From a virus: 64,000 nucleotides of DNA. Where the stretch lies: positions 1 through 64,000 of the IMG/VR virus record IMGVR_UViG_3300025704_001538; one strand, given 5' to 3'. The position numbers and the translations under genes were made by a program. The notes under the pieces are model-generated. The model saw only the letters and a program-made list of their open reading frames with translations. It did no database searches and was not told the origin of the DNA. Positions 39,501-48,371 of the stretch are shown here, piece by piece; within the stretch, counting starts at the first letter, position 1, and the number at the start of each line of letters is the position of its first letter.

Positions 39501-40171
39501 GCGTAAGTACGAGAAATAAAGTTAGTAGTAATTTTATAATTACCTGAAGATGGGTCGAATCTTGCGTTAAAATCTTTTAACATTAATTCATACCTTAACG
39601 CCTTACCATAATATCCCTTAACAGTTAAGGTGAATAATGGGTATGGTAAATGAAAAAACGCACTGTATGGAGAATTTTCACCCTGCTCAAATAAAACCCT
39701 TCCCTGTACGTCTTCCATTTCAATAGTTACCAACGCAGCGTATGAAGTATTTATCTTAATCGATATATTGGTTATTCCTAAAAGTTGTGAGTCAACATCC
39801 CCATTACGTGTTCTACCGAGTGTTAAATTGTCAGTCCATGAGGTATCTAAGTAAGAATCTTGTGTTTGACCTTCTCCCGTGTCCTGAGATTGTGGTTTCA
39901 TAAAATTAATTACCGTTTCTTTGTTGTCATCAATGGCTCCTACTCGAATATTTTCTACCGCAGTTTCAAAATTATCACCAACAACTAATTTACTTCTCGG
40001 TATTATTTTAGCCTCTAAGCTGGCATACATAACGAGTTCCTCGTGATTGACTAACCTTTCAGAGACTTTACCCCCACTATCAACAACTTTATTGGGGTCT
40101 ACCACAATAATGTTGTCATAATCGGTTTCTACATATACATTTTGATTGTTAAAGAATTCATTACCTGCCAT
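33515..40171 (-). CDS. Giant baseplate hub-like protein (gp27/gpD/VgrG-type ends with large insertion; 2218 aa)
   Basis: Near the C-terminus MGNAMIQPTMYFNL..YGPYLIMNVTHNITNRGFTTNFDGVR, a hub-family signature; follows the LysM/gp53-like gene. Confidence 0.6.
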   Translation of the reverse strand: MAGNEFFNNQNVYVETDYDNIIVVDPNKVVDSGGKVSERLVNHEELVMYASLEAKIIPRSKLVVGDNFETAVENIRVGAIDDNKETVINFMKPQSQDTGEGQTQDSYLDTSWTDNLTLGRTRNGDVDSQLLGITNISIKINTSYAALVTIEMEDVQGRVLFEQGENSPYSAFFHLPYPLFTLTVKGYYGKALRYELMLKDFNARFDPSSGNYKITTNFISRTYALLSDISVDSLFALPHMYERTATLGPEKTTTSNESGLQEVRRIKSTRGYDMIKNVYSSYKAKGLIDENFPELTLSQMLMKLENFERYVMEAYGQEDFAILNDIDLYRKTLKEYESKIYGQITDNWETKNIDKNLPFILNIPNSAVVYPLKKELTNQEETALQNISDSISSLDTIIKEYNTKLNDNTTFGSDGQAKIHGKKLETTLTSTISINNFLTQITNPDDIDYESTFEVRNGRAGTEQEVEALKVEIETELTINGYQVNAETLEMEDSQLRRTFFIFGDVYGKTKYNITSFLGKLQRLNDDFETKRSMVEEKMSEALAEKIKSPNVGLGFYPTIKNIIAVISASADAFLRLMDQVHDESWEQRKNPIRRNAVLSPEKSQGVETNSGNAPTTNNPQQETAIVYPWPQYFVNSVDEDGNEELKDTYPGDYTVASQLRAFSSTVWPEVRFVEEFMKGATQKESGNIDFDLTNTLKDNPFMGINAIEFPNQNQPYTDLNIVPFIYEIFERTLLSSNYTNLYKSSGYRDEVYSVVSDFEYNNLKESVVNSTELIELLKNFAFSYENMLRYMKSISNNGQGTNWNLHSRGEFTTPYIKSYLENDYGIYDLSYLEGDSTTVESNVENIDKLEKYLKASYSDEMSFSDGYPFNNLLWIQNNLSEGSQISSVELSNDTSKMFSINSTKKSIASFKYGFDVLADLGSQSSGQSSIGKTYDKKPFTYFEWILNYSNSPTQETSDLDSSINSNGNTNYLTNAQVINYYNLRMQKDLVLTESFIDYGTKYDTTENYISRNQTTSLLNTPYFINSIMKGVENEKNEIENPYTALGYLYLNSLPLSTLKEKFKTNSNTITTELNYIFATLNKYSAIHKLPYPFILKYGSIWHRYKKYQNDNIDILDDVWKDFDYVNAYDPISNNTSKSYSFNDYNGDNTTIKQYEQFTDIIQLNQGDPAFLGGDLNVTINLESTRVQNGFFPKVMNDVYYFFTKKDVFSTYSSSELQSAQTEKGLQIGTTSKTKIKLSKDPETDYQMNTWSQYFNVLGNYDFRENKENKVLIIPSFGEAKFNQTRFECFDAVGNHKQNVTTNPSIYNGGVRSLWSSSNYGYYSNEMIDKPKPNQYIKHINPENKNTQAFNLGNDTSLTYSSIDDIFGVFTKDMLDLFEQHFLNFCQPPNKTQFLVNRGNTTFEEFINSEEVRGQYENGEVPSTELSRWKSVYENQESLYNGPNLYKYDLNIHEVLKSLLMVNAPSEQLNFDNVLKSLTNSQSTQFINYNLDVLTNKDIILKIGNPSKYNNKVYGSLTTLSSQKIEDPYNFGNYVQNSLPTEGGGVSLGSSKASYPSAWKAMYEYVGDFSEGGFKYGDNGSYLTDFFVDMEFEFTESNVQLLSPIIKIYASKKSKDQTMNKDNFINEINEYLGEQENFQKDILNQIFIKLNRDLPSVSITEESLGLSKIDGNIPKLELWKTFQALNDKWVAGQDFKNRTIFEDFLFLDRANRPVGDKVVVNISELEGFITGRSDKMSVYGLLGLIYQKNNFTFIPTPAYTNFYGRNDRTKKNEPLPQDIPNDLFGTFMEVDTRDSRPRMIGIYVGEPSSNLGTGQNNTFRKGDDAFDITNPSDCPLRENQTNKTNYSDSNRCVGFQVDFGKRNQGVFNSVSIDMNQHKNIGPTFQVLEDIGSQASGQQVAQQSQSLYNFYKTRSYTCQVQSMGNAMIQPTMYFNLTNVPLFYGPYLIMNVTHNITNRGFTTNFDGVRIPKFALSPPDKLVASVNRQLLKQWEEKVRQIETNAKTGGTENDLALTKMKNISQGPEEKGQEITKYPQKPFTEMVKTPIQAQEVIDYVNSKDFTSDKIKTLIYGISTQNQSIRENCYNNNIMDVRTDILVTNRDQFFDSQVCVQYGGILTTIASFDNIEKSLDFMRATLNPIGPMADAIYDVLQQGAVIDELPKTLTTVYMSNIYSNPTINGSASDIIKEVNYQKQTNEKFKTNYEQWLDIFKSVIQRGES

Positions 40172-40478
40172 AATAGAAGAAGTGTGTATCTAATGCCTTT
40201 TTATAATCTTGTAAAGAATTCACTAAAGGAAAGGGTATTACTAAAACTGCACCGTCATCGATGTTATTTTCTAATCCCCCGAACTTAGGGTTTGCCGCTA
40301 AAATTAACCAACCAAAGTATGGTGTTTCATAAAATTGTTGACTTACTTTATCCAATCTACTTCTACTAACTCTATAAATAAATTTCTTGTCTGTTGGTTT
40401 TGATGGGATGTTTACAAACGGCACTACAGTTTGTTCTCCATTCAAAAGAAAGTCTTGGTATCTATTATAGTATCTCAT
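40161..40478 (-). CDS. LysM/T4 gp53/tail-X-like baseplate protein
   Basis: RLDKVSQQFYETPYFGWLILAANP..GAVLVIP. Confidence 0.8.
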   Translation of the reverse strand: MRYYNRYQDFLLNGEQTVVPFVNIPSKPTDKKFIYRVSRSRLDKVSQQFYETPYFGWLILAANPKFGGLENNIDDGAVLVIPFPLVNSLQDYKKALDTHFFYYGR

Positions 40479-43400
40479 TAGTTAAATGTATATTTTTCAT
40501 TAAAGATGTTTTTGGGTCCATCGTTTAATCCTGATTTAAATGTTGCGTTAAAGTATTTTACCTTACTGTCGTCAGCAGATTCTTGTGGTTTTTGTATGTA
40601 TGTGAAGTTTCTTGTTTTTTCTAAATTAAATGGTTGGTATAAATTAAATTTTAAACATATTGGTTTATTTTTAAACCTTTCGACACTTCTGTTTGAATCT
40701 CCTTGTAGTTTTTTATATATACTCTGTAACCCCCAGTTATTGTTTGGTAGTGAGCCTGCTGAAAAATTATTTGTCTGTGTTCCTATACCGTTAATTACTG
40801 TGTCGACCCAAAATACCCATTCTGCTTTTTCTATTAGTTTTTCACCTAAAATTTGTCTTTTTAATTCCTCAGGGTTGTTGATTACAAAACCAAAATTAAT
40901 CGTACAAAATCTTGTTTGTGGTTCTGTGTTATAAGGTGGGAATAAAAAATCTATGTATAAATTATCTTTTTCAGGTAAAAGACCATAACTTATATTATTG
41001 TCTTCGTCTTCAAAATCAAAATCATCATCACTATTATCTACTCCCTGAAATAATTCTTCATAAAAATTTTTCATATCTTCTCCCACTGTTTGGATGTCGT
41101 CAACTAACTCCCCGTATGTGTCTATCATATCTGACGAAGGGTCAACTTCAGTAGTTGCTGATAATGAAAGTATAAATGCCCTACCTTTTTTGTTTTTATA
41201 ACCGTCAGTACTTGTTGTAATTAAATTTAGTTTATCATTAATTCTAGTAAAATCTGTTTGTACTCCTACTGCACTATTCCCGTGACCTTCCATAATCTGA
41301 GCATATTCATTTGTTCTTTTTTCAATGAGTGTTTTTAAATTCTTTTTAAATTTTTTTATATCACTATTTTTTAAATTTTGTTCATAGATTGTTGTGGTAG
41401 GTGTTTTTAAAAATGGATTTTCATCATTATCAACATCTTCTAATAGTTTGTTTTTTAAATCAATAACCCTATTTTGTATCTCTATCGGTTTACCAAATAA
41501 ATTTGTTTCATATTCATTATTACCATCTAAATACCCTGTTACATAGCCTTCTGTGTAGTTTCTTTTTTGTGTTAGATAATAAAGACCTATTCTTGAATGG
41601 AATGTATTTACGGTTTCAACAGTGGTAATAATATTTTGTGTATATGCTTGTGTTTTTTTGACGTAGTCGACAACAGGTGCTTTATAGTTTATTTCACCTA
41701 TTAAATCGAGTGTTGTTCCTGTTAGTTCAGGGCTTGTTTGAGTACTTGTTATTTCACCTATTGTATCTCCCGCCTCTTCACTTCTTTCAACTTGACCGTT
41801 TTCAGTTAATGAAAAATCATTCGCATCTTCTATAGCGTCTAAAGCCTCTCTATTTAATTCTGACCTATCTTCGGTAACTATTGAACGGTCGTCATAAACC
41901 TCCGTGTTACCATAATAGTTAAAAGACAATGCGTTTTGTAATCTAGATACCGGCTCTTTTATTCCTTGTCCACCTATAAAGTAAAAACTCATATTAATAT
42001 CTGCTATCATAGGTTGTACACCAATTCCTTCAGGATTCAAATCAAATGTTAATGGTTCGTAATTAATACTCATCTGTTGAATTGCAATTTTTGAATGATA
42101 AAAATCACCTATTCTTAATACACATATCGGAGGCGCACCAAACGCAGTGTTTTTAACATCCCCCTCTCTTGGTTTACCGTCCTCACCTATTACGGGGATT
42201 GTATCACCAGGTCTCAAACATTGTTGTAAGAAAGTAAGTCTACTGTTTAATCCTTCAGGTGTCATAGAGTGAAATACCGGTTGAAAATATTTAATCTTCT
42301 CTTTGATACCTTCGTACACTCTTGGTGTTTCCTCCCTCATCATATTAAAGTAGTCACACTCAGTTAATAATTTTTTAACTATTATCTTAGCAACTTCGTT
42401 TCTCGGCTGGGTTAGTTTTGATTCTTTTTGTCTTATTACCTCCGTTTTTCCTGTTATGGTTTCTGTTATTATAGTTTCCTCCGGCGGTACTTCGGTTACC
42501 CTTTGTTCAGGTGGTGAAGGAATTTCTTCAATTGTTTTTATCACCACAGCCCTACATGCCATTGCGTTAACCGAATATGTCGTAGAGTTACCTGATAACT
42601 CTTCTGTACAATTAAAAGACCCGTATTCACCTCCGCCTGGTGTGGCGGTTGACTGTTCTCCTTGTGGGTCTTCGGTAATTGAAAATCTGTCTTCATATTT
42701 ACTTAAGTCAAAAAACGAAAATAAATATTTTTTAACGGCGTCTATTCTTCTTTTAGACAAAGAATCGTTATACGCAACACTATTTGGTGCAGATGCAGAA
42801 CCTACTAATTTCATATTTATAGTGGCTCCTTTATCTAACGCCGCTTTAATCTTTACCACTAACTCCTGTGTTTTCTTTTCTGTTATATTAGTACCTTCTC
42901 CGTTTATTAAAAAGCTTTCAAAAAATTGTAGTACCTGAATTTTTTTATCAGAGTCCGCAGTATTATAGTAAGTTTCTTTTTTGGCTATGTATGTGGATAG
43001 TGTGTTCGCATATTCTTCAGTTGTAGTTGTGGACGATGCAGTTCGTGGTCCGGGTACATCATTGTCAAAATAAAATTCATACTCATAGTCTTGTGTTTGT
43101 ACTTCAGGAGTATATTCTTCAATGACAGGGTCTTTTTCGGTTAAGTCAATTCTTTCAATATCTTTTGAAAAATTTTCATATGTTTTTATGTCTGTAGTTT
43201 CTGTAACTATCTCGTATATATCTTTTAAGGTAAATTGAGGGAACCTTTGGGCTAATTCATATATGTCGTATTTTCTACATCCCGCAAAAAATGAATCAAC
43301 AATGTCATTAACTCTTTGTGAGTTTTGACCCGCCAACTCTTTATCAACAATTGCGTTTAATATTGAGGGGTGGTCAACCACTATTTTCCAAGATAAACTA

Positions 43401-45265
43401 CCTTGTCTGGTCGTATTGTTATACGTATAAACCGGTTCAGGTCTTCCTAAAAACTCGTTAGATGTCCAATTGGTAGAGTTGGTTTCAGATACTTTCATAT
43501 CGTATGGTGGAAACCACATAATTCTACCTCCGCTAGGTCCTCTTTCACAAACGGGTAAATCAGAATAAGTGAATCCAGGTTTACTTGATGTTCTCCAAGC
43601 CAAGTTTTCAATTGAAAACATATACTTTTTTACTTTATCGGCTTGTATATTACTTGAATCGTCATCCCTAAAAGGTGCGATATTAAGATTATAGGTATTA
43701 TCTAAGACAGAAAATTGGAATCTTCTGTTTTGATTAGTCATTCCGTCTTCCTTTTGTAGTTCACTATTTGAGAAATAAGGTATGTCTTTAGTAAATACTC
43801 TACAGTATTCCATTCCTTTAATTTCACCAGTGCTTTGGTCTTCGTATTTATAAACTCTTGAGCCTTTTGTAATCTCGCGAGTACCGTCACTAAAAACTTT
43901 TGACACTTGATTTATTGCATTACCAACGTGTTGTAACCTTGCATCTCCTTGTAACCCTTCTGCGGAGTCAATTAATTTTTGTGTGTCATCTAATATAGAA
44001 CCTTTCTTAAAATCGTATTGTGTTGATACACCCGCATCAAATGATGACTGTATATTCGATTCAAAGTTACTATCAACAGAACCAAGACCACCACCTTGCG
44101 ATACAAATCGTCCCGCAGATTTTACACCGTCTAAACTAGTCCATGTAAATCCTCCTTGTAATCTAGGTGCGTCGTAACTACTGTTTGTGGCAGTTCCTAC
44201 CCTTAAGAATTTAGTTCCGTTAAGTCCAAATTTAAATGAAAAGTTACCCTCGTATAGTTTACCTAACTCAGAGTATCCTCTAACAGGTGTTCTTACTCTA
44301 TTACCAAATTGGTCTACCGGTAGTTCGTTTGATGGTGCAACAATGTCTTTAGGGTCTTGTGTTTTACTCCCCACGTAATAGTTACCTGAAGGGGCTTTTA
44401 ACCCAAAAGCTCTATTATTATCTGTGTAATCGGGTGCAAAAACATTTAGTGATAAACTCTTAAACAACCTTTTAGTTTGTCCTCTACCTGAGTTAGATAT
44501 AAAAAGTTCTGAAGACCTTTTATTGGCTTCGGGTAGTAATGTTCCTCTATCACTATACTCCCCATCCCCTCTCGAAGCTTGATTAATACTTGATTGCTCT
44601 TCAACTTTAGTAAAGTAACTTCCAGGAATCCAAGAATACGGTGAATAGACACCTGATATTCTACTGATTAAATCTAAACCTTTACCTATTATATTATCAG
44701 GTACTGATATTTTCCAATCACTCTCAATCGCTTGTTCGTTACCTGTTGCAATCGCTATAGCGTCGAATGGGTCTGATAATGCATCTATTACATTAATCCT
44801 ACCAAGTGTTTGTTGATATGTCTCTTCAGCAATTCGATATTCAAATTCTGTTTTAAGTTGGTTTCCCGCAATTTGTGCTAATGCAGAATCTTGACTTAAG
44901 CTTCCGTTTGTTCCTGTCGGATTAAATGAGGTTAATAGATTGAAAGCGTTATATGTTGATGACACAAAAGTGTAGTAACTTTCTCTCTTTTCTATTTTAT
45001 TTCTTATATCTTGTATATCTATTAAATCTTTATACCCACCCTCAGGACCATACTGATTCGATATAAACGCCCTTTTTTTTGCTTCTTCATTTACTTGTAG
45101 GTCAGTAACTCTTGTACTGTCTACTACTCCAAGGTCCTTTATTGAGAATTCAGCACTACCAGGACTTTCGTTTCCTTTGTAACCTTCTTTGTATGGTTCA
45201 AGGTTCCTAACTAACAGTCTTTTTCTAAAGTTTTCTGTAGCATCAAATGTTAATTCGCTCGGCAT
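40478..45265 (-). CDS. Tail tube initiator-like (gp48/gp54-type) protein with inserted OmpA-like domain (1595 aa)
   Basis: WTSNEFLGRPEPVYTYNNTTRQGSLSW and APPICVLRIGDFY tube-fold motifs flank FYFDND..GSASAPNSVAYNDSLSKRRIDAV..CRAVVI. Confidence 0.6.
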   Translation of the reverse strand: MPSELTFDATENFRKRLLVRNLEPYKEGYKGNESPGSAEFSIKDLGVVDSTRVTDLQVNEEAKKRAFISNQYGPEGGYKDLIDIQDIRNKIEKRESYYTFVSSTYNAFNLLTSFNPTGTNGSLSQDSALAQIAGNQLKTEFEYRIAEETYQQTLGRINVIDALSDPFDAIAIATGNEQAIESDWKISVPDNIIGKGLDLISRISGVYSPYSWIPGSYFTKVEEQSSINQASRGDGEYSDRGTLLPEANKRSSELFISNSGRGQTKRLFKSLSLNVFAPDYTDNNRAFGLKAPSGNYYVGSKTQDPKDIVAPSNELPVDQFGNRVRTPVRGYSELGKLYEGNFSFKFGLNGTKFLRVGTATNSSYDAPRLQGGFTWTSLDGVKSAGRFVSQGGGLGSVDSNFESNIQSSFDAGVSTQYDFKKGSILDDTQKLIDSAEGLQGDARLQHVGNAINQVSKVFSDGTREITKGSRVYKYEDQSTGEIKGMEYCRVFTKDIPYFSNSELQKEDGMTNQNRRFQFSVLDNTYNLNIAPFRDDDSSNIQADKVKKYMFSIENLAWRTSSKPGFTYSDLPVCERGPSGGRIMWFPPYDMKVSETNSTNWTSNEFLGRPEPVYTYNNTTRQGSLSWKIVVDHPSILNAIVDKELAGQNSQRVNDIVDSFFAGCRKYDIYELAQRFPQFTLKDIYEIVTETTDIKTYENFSKDIERIDLTEKDPVIEEYTPEVQTQDYEYEFYFDNDVPGPRTASSTTTTEEYANTLSTYIAKKETYYNTADSDKKIQVLQFFESFLINGEGTNITEKKTQELVVKIKAALDKGATINMKLVGSASAPNSVAYNDSLSKRRIDAVKKYLFSFFDLSKYEDRFSITEDPQGEQSTATPGGGEYGSFNCTEELSGNSTTYSVNAMACRAVVIKTIEEIPSPPEQRVTEVPPEETIITETITGKTEVIRQKESKLTQPRNEVAKIIVKKLLTECDYFNMMREETPRVYEGIKEKIKYFQPVFHSMTPEGLNSRLTFLQQCLRPGDTIPVIGEDGKPREGDVKNTAFGAPPICVLRIGDFYHSKIAIQQMSINYEPLTFDLNPEGIGVQPMIADINMSFYFIGGQGIKEPVSRLQNALSFNYYGNTEVYDDRSIVTEDRSELNREALDAIEDANDFSLTENGQVERSEEAGDTIGEITSTQTSPELTGTTLDLIGEINYKAPVVDYVKKTQAYTQNIITTVETVNTFHSRIGLYYLTQKRNYTEGYVTGYLDGNNEYETNLFGKPIEIQNRVIDLKNKLLEDVDNDENPFLKTPTTTIYEQNLKNSDIKKFKKNLKTLIEKRTNEYAQIMEGHGNSAVGVQTDFTRINDKLNLITTSTDGYKNKKGRAFILSLSATTEVDPSSDMIDTYGELVDDIQTVGEDMKNFYEELFQGVDNSDDDFDFEDEDNNISYGLLPEKDNLYIDFLFPPYNTEPQTRFCTINFGFVINNPEELKRQILGEKLIEKAEWVFWVDTVINGIGTQTNNFSAGSLPNNNWGLQSIYKKLQGDSNRSVERFKNKPICLKFNLYQPFNLEKTRNFTYIQKPQESADDSKVKYFNATFKSGLNDGPKNIFNEKYTFN

Positions 45266-45281
45266 ATAAATCTATTTCTAT

Positions 45282-45288
45282 ATAAATA
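45282..45288 (-). promoter_or_regulatory. TATTTAT motif (putative late promoter)
   Basis: 16 nt upstream of the ATG at 45265. Confidence 0.55.
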
Positions 45289-45304
45289 GATTAATTCTAT
45301 ATTT

Positions 45305-47353
45305 TTATACTGAATACGTATTATTTGAGTCAGTAAATATTGACATTAACTTACTTGTAAAGTCAGGATTATTCACTATTTGACTTGCCAACTCCTCAGT
45401 AGATATATTTTGGGGTAAATTTCTACCGTCAATTGCAAAATCTATAGTACCTCCTACATTTAAATTAACATTACCATTTAATACACTTTGTGATGGTGAT
45501 TGATTTAAACTTGATGTATCTTGAATATTTGTGGTTGGTGTTATAGGTGTTGTTGATTGAGTTGTGGTTGGTGTAGGTGTATTAGTTGAAGGTGTTGTAT
45601 TTACTTCAGGTGCCGTCCCTTCTTGTTCATTAGGTCTTTGTCCGTCACGTTGTCCAAATCTCTGTTCTAAAGCGATTAAATCTGTAATAAATTCAGTTAG
45701 GTCTCCACTAATACCTGTAAGTACATCATTAACACCATATGACTTTAACTCTTCTATATCAAATCCAAATTGTTTTAATGAACCACCTAATGACTTAAAT
45801 GCCTCTCCGTCATTGAAAATATTAGAATCGCTGAAATTACTACTGATTTTATCTCCCATCCCTTCGAAAGAGTCATCTAATGAACCTAACACTTCACCAA
45901 ATCTAGACCTTAATACAGACAACGCCTCTTCATTTTTAAATCCGGTCTTAGCCGCTTCTGTAAAAGCTTCTCCAAGAGCATCCACATTTTCATTATTTAT
46001 ACCTTCTACCACAGACTGTGTTAAAGTTTTTGCCGCTGCACCTGCAGAATCAATCGCAGACGTGACTGCGTCTGTTCTTGTACCAATAAATGGACCAAGT
46101 GCTGCAACTTGTTGTGCTAATATATCATTTAAAACTGTTGATGCGTCTAATTGTTTCAGTGCTATTTCTCTATCGGTTAATTTAGCGTCTTCCTGTACTT
46201 GTTTTAATTTTTCTAACCCATCCTTGTATTTTTCGTCTCCCAACATACTAGCGTCTACCAAATCATCAAAATTAGGTAATTTAATTTTTACACTACCATC
46301 TTTTAATTCACCTAAATTAGCAACAAGTTCTTTAGTTTCATCGTCAAGTCCTGACCCCTCTAAAAAATTAAGTTTTTTGGTTCTTGCAGCACTCTTAACC
46401 GCGGTATCTGCAAGTTCTTGATAATCCATACCTGTAAGTTTAGCGGCCTCTCTTAAACGGTACATCTCTGTGACAGGAATATCAAAGTCACCCGTTTTTT
46501 CGTTAAAGGTTACCGCACCTTCAGCCATATCTAATATAGAATCTTGTAGTCCTTCCATATCATTTTGAGCCATATATAAAAGTTTGAATGGGTCTCCTAA
46601 ATCACCTACAGCTCCTCCTAACATTTGAAATCCTGCGGCAGTTTCAATTGCGGTTTCAGGTGATAATAAACTATCAGCCAAACTAACGGTTTTGTTAAAG
46701 TCTAAGCGTAAAGCCTGTGCTTTTGCGACCATCTTTGTAAATCCTTCAACCCCGTTTTTAAAGTTATATGAGTTTAGTAACTTTACATTTGACCCAATAT
46801 TTTTCATGAACTGTCCTACATTAATACCGTAAGACCTCGCTTCTTGTTGCATTTTACTTATATTGTTTATAGCATCAGTAGTACCAACACCAATTGTATC
46901 AAAACCCTCGACCATAGTCGCTATATCACCTGCAGCAACACCCGCATTTCTAGCTAAAAGAGCAATATTTGTTTGTTGTTCGGCGGTCAGTAAAGTATTT
47001 CTTTGCATAATTGTATTTATCTCTTTAAACACCGAAAGTTGTTCGTCTAAAGTAATTCCATATTGTGCAGATTCGTAAGCCGCCTGTGCTATTGTATCCC
47101 TAACCCCCTCACCAATTGTTCTAGTTTGTCCTAACGTTTCTGTGGTTAACTTAAAAGTTAGTTGTTCTAGCTTAGAAGTAGCGTTTGTTATTTCTTTAGG
47201 GTCAAGTAAATTATTACGTATAGAACCTGTTAATGTACTTTTTAAGTCTTTAAGTTTTTGGTCAAATATACCTGTAGCACTCGCCAGACCTTTTAACTCT
47301 TCAGCTTCTTTACCTGCACCAGTACTACTACCTGTATTTTCTTGTAAAAACAT
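45305..47353 (-). CDS. Tape measure protein (682 aa)
   Basis: Ala/Gly/Leu-rich helical protein immediately after the tube and chaperone genes. Confidence 0.7.
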   Translation of the reverse strand: MFLQENTGSSTGAGKEAEELKGLASATGIFDQKLKDLKSTLTGSIRNNLLDPKEITNATSKLEQLTFKLTTETLGQTRTIGEGVRDTIAQAAYESAQYGITLDEQLSVFKEINTIMQRNTLLTAEQQTNIALLARNAGVAAGDIATMVEGFDTIGVGTTDAINNISKMQQEARSYGINVGQFMKNIGSNVKLLNSYNFKNGVEGFTKMVAKAQALRLDFNKTVSLADSLLSPETAIETAAGFQMLGGAVGDLGDPFKLLYMAQNDMEGLQDSILDMAEGAVTFNEKTGDFDIPVTEMYRLREAAKLTGMDYQELADTAVKSAARTKKLNFLEGSGLDDETKELVANLGELKDGSVKIKLPNFDDLVDASMLGDEKYKDGLEKLKQVQEDAKLTDREIALKQLDASTVLNDILAQQVAALGPFIGTRTDAVTSAIDSAGAAAKTLTQSVVEGINNENVDALGEAFTEAAKTGFKNEEALSVLRSRFGEVLGSLDDSFEGMGDKISSNFSDSNIFNDGEAFKSLGGSLKQFGFDIEELKSYGVNDVLTGISGDLTEFITDLIALEQRFGQRDGQRPNEQEGTAPEVNTTPSTNTPTPTTTQSTTPITPTTNIQDTSSLNQSPSQSVLNGNVNLNVGGTIDFAIDGRNLPQNISTEELASQIVNNPDFTSKLMSIFTDSNNTYSV

Positions 47354-47367
47354 TATACCTTTTTAAT

Positions 47368-47374
47368 ATAAATA
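47368..47374 (-). promoter_or_regulatory. TATTTAT motif (putative late promoter)
   Basis: 14 nt upstream of the tape measure ATG. Confidence 0.55.
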
Positions 47375-47375
47375 T

Positions 47376-47579
47376 TTACTTTTGGGATTTTCTTCTCTCC
47401 ATTTCTTCTCTTTGTTTGTCGAACTCCTCTACCAATTTATTAATGAAGTATTTCCTCTCATATGTAGGCATATTCATCACATCCCCATATGTGAAGTTAA
47501 CGTGTTTTGATAAGTAATAGATTTCGTCGAGCAGCGCGACTCTATATTCAGAAGAAAGGCCGAAAAAACTCCGCCCCAA
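47376..47579 (-). CDS. Small tail/baseplate assembly chaperone (gp51-like), probably the frameshifted extension of the upstream gene
   Basis: YGDVMNMPTYERKYFI motif; only a TTG start inside the upstream gene, overlapping a T6 run. Confidence 0.65.
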   Translation of the reverse strand: MGRSFFGLSSEYRVALLDEIYYLSKHVNFTYGDVMNMPTYERKYFINKLVEEFDKQREEMERRKSQK

Positions 47580-48297
47580 AAGTGACTCTCACATCCACTT
47601 TTTCTCCTGACGGGGCGGTAACTTGTCTCCGTAAATCCAATTTTGGTTCACAGTCGTTGAGATAATTTCTGATAAATTTAGAATCAGAGATAGGTAAGTT
47701 TAATACGAATTTTGAAATCTCCTCTCTACTCTCATTACCGTCAATACTCACAATATGTCTTTCGAGTCTGTTGGTAACTATAGGAGCCACTACCCCTTGT
47801 GGGTATTGGTCAAACGTATCATTCAATTCTTTAATGTCCCCAATAGTCAGTAACTTACATTTTACGTTATTTCCTGACTTCGGTAACTTAAACTCAAATA
47901 CACCATCTGAGTTTGGTTCATTTTTTACTTCAGTAATATTTAATTCATCTAACCTTACTGATGTTTGAAAGGTCTTTGATGTTTTTGGGTCTGTTAAAGT
48001 AAAATTATACTCAGGACCAAATGCGGTGTTACGTAAGAAAATCATAATCGACTCCATATCACCCTCTAATAAATCATCTACAATAAAATCGGGTTCATAA
48101 ACTTTAGATTTTATTAACTTACGGATTAAATCGTCTCCCCCTGTATTTGATATTAGTATGTTCTCGTCCTGAGCAGTTAGGTACCCTACCTTCACACTCT
48201 TCTTTTTATTCTTATAGAATTTACCTTGCGATGGCAATGTCATCACATCATGAGGTAAGTTAAAGTCTTGTTGTCCGTATTGTCTTGCTTCTTCCAT
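47548..48297 (-). CDS. Baseplate hub/tail assembly chaperone (T4 gp26-like)
   Basis: LPSQGKFY, LTAQDENIL, GDMESIMIFLRNTAFG, ends FFRPFF; between tube and tape measure. Confidence 0.75.
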   Translation of the reverse strand: MEEARQYGQQDFNLPHDVMTLPSQGKFYKNKKKSVKVGYLTAQDENILISNTGGDDLIRKLIKSKVYEPDFIVDDLLEGDMESIMIFLRNTAFGPEYNFTLTDPKTSKTFQTSVRLDELNITEVKNEPNSDGVFEFKLPKSGNNVKCKLLTIGDIKELNDTFDQYPQGVVAPIVTNRLERHIVSIDGNESREEISKFVLNLPISDSKFIRNYLNDCEPKLDLRRQVTAPSGEKVDVRVTFGAEFFRPFF

Positions 48298-48304
48298 ATT
48301 GTGT

Positions 48305-48337
48305 AAAAAAAAACCATAGGGAATGAACCCTATGGTT
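48305..48337 (-). terminator. Intrinsic terminator after the tail tube gene
   Basis: AACCATAGGG/CCCTATGGTT stem followed by a long U tract on the minus strand. Confidence 0.85.
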
Positions 48338-48371
48338 AATTATATGAACTATTATTTATTTTTCAATAGTA

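Noticed and set aside
45564-46421. 285-aa plus-strand ORF
   Set aside because: Antisense shadow of the tape measure gene; Ser/Leu-rich with no recognisable motifs.
48339-48366. TTGAAA-16-TATAAT sigma70-like match after the tube gene
   Set aside because: Lies in very AT-rich DNA immediately upstream of a terminator hairpin; likely chance.
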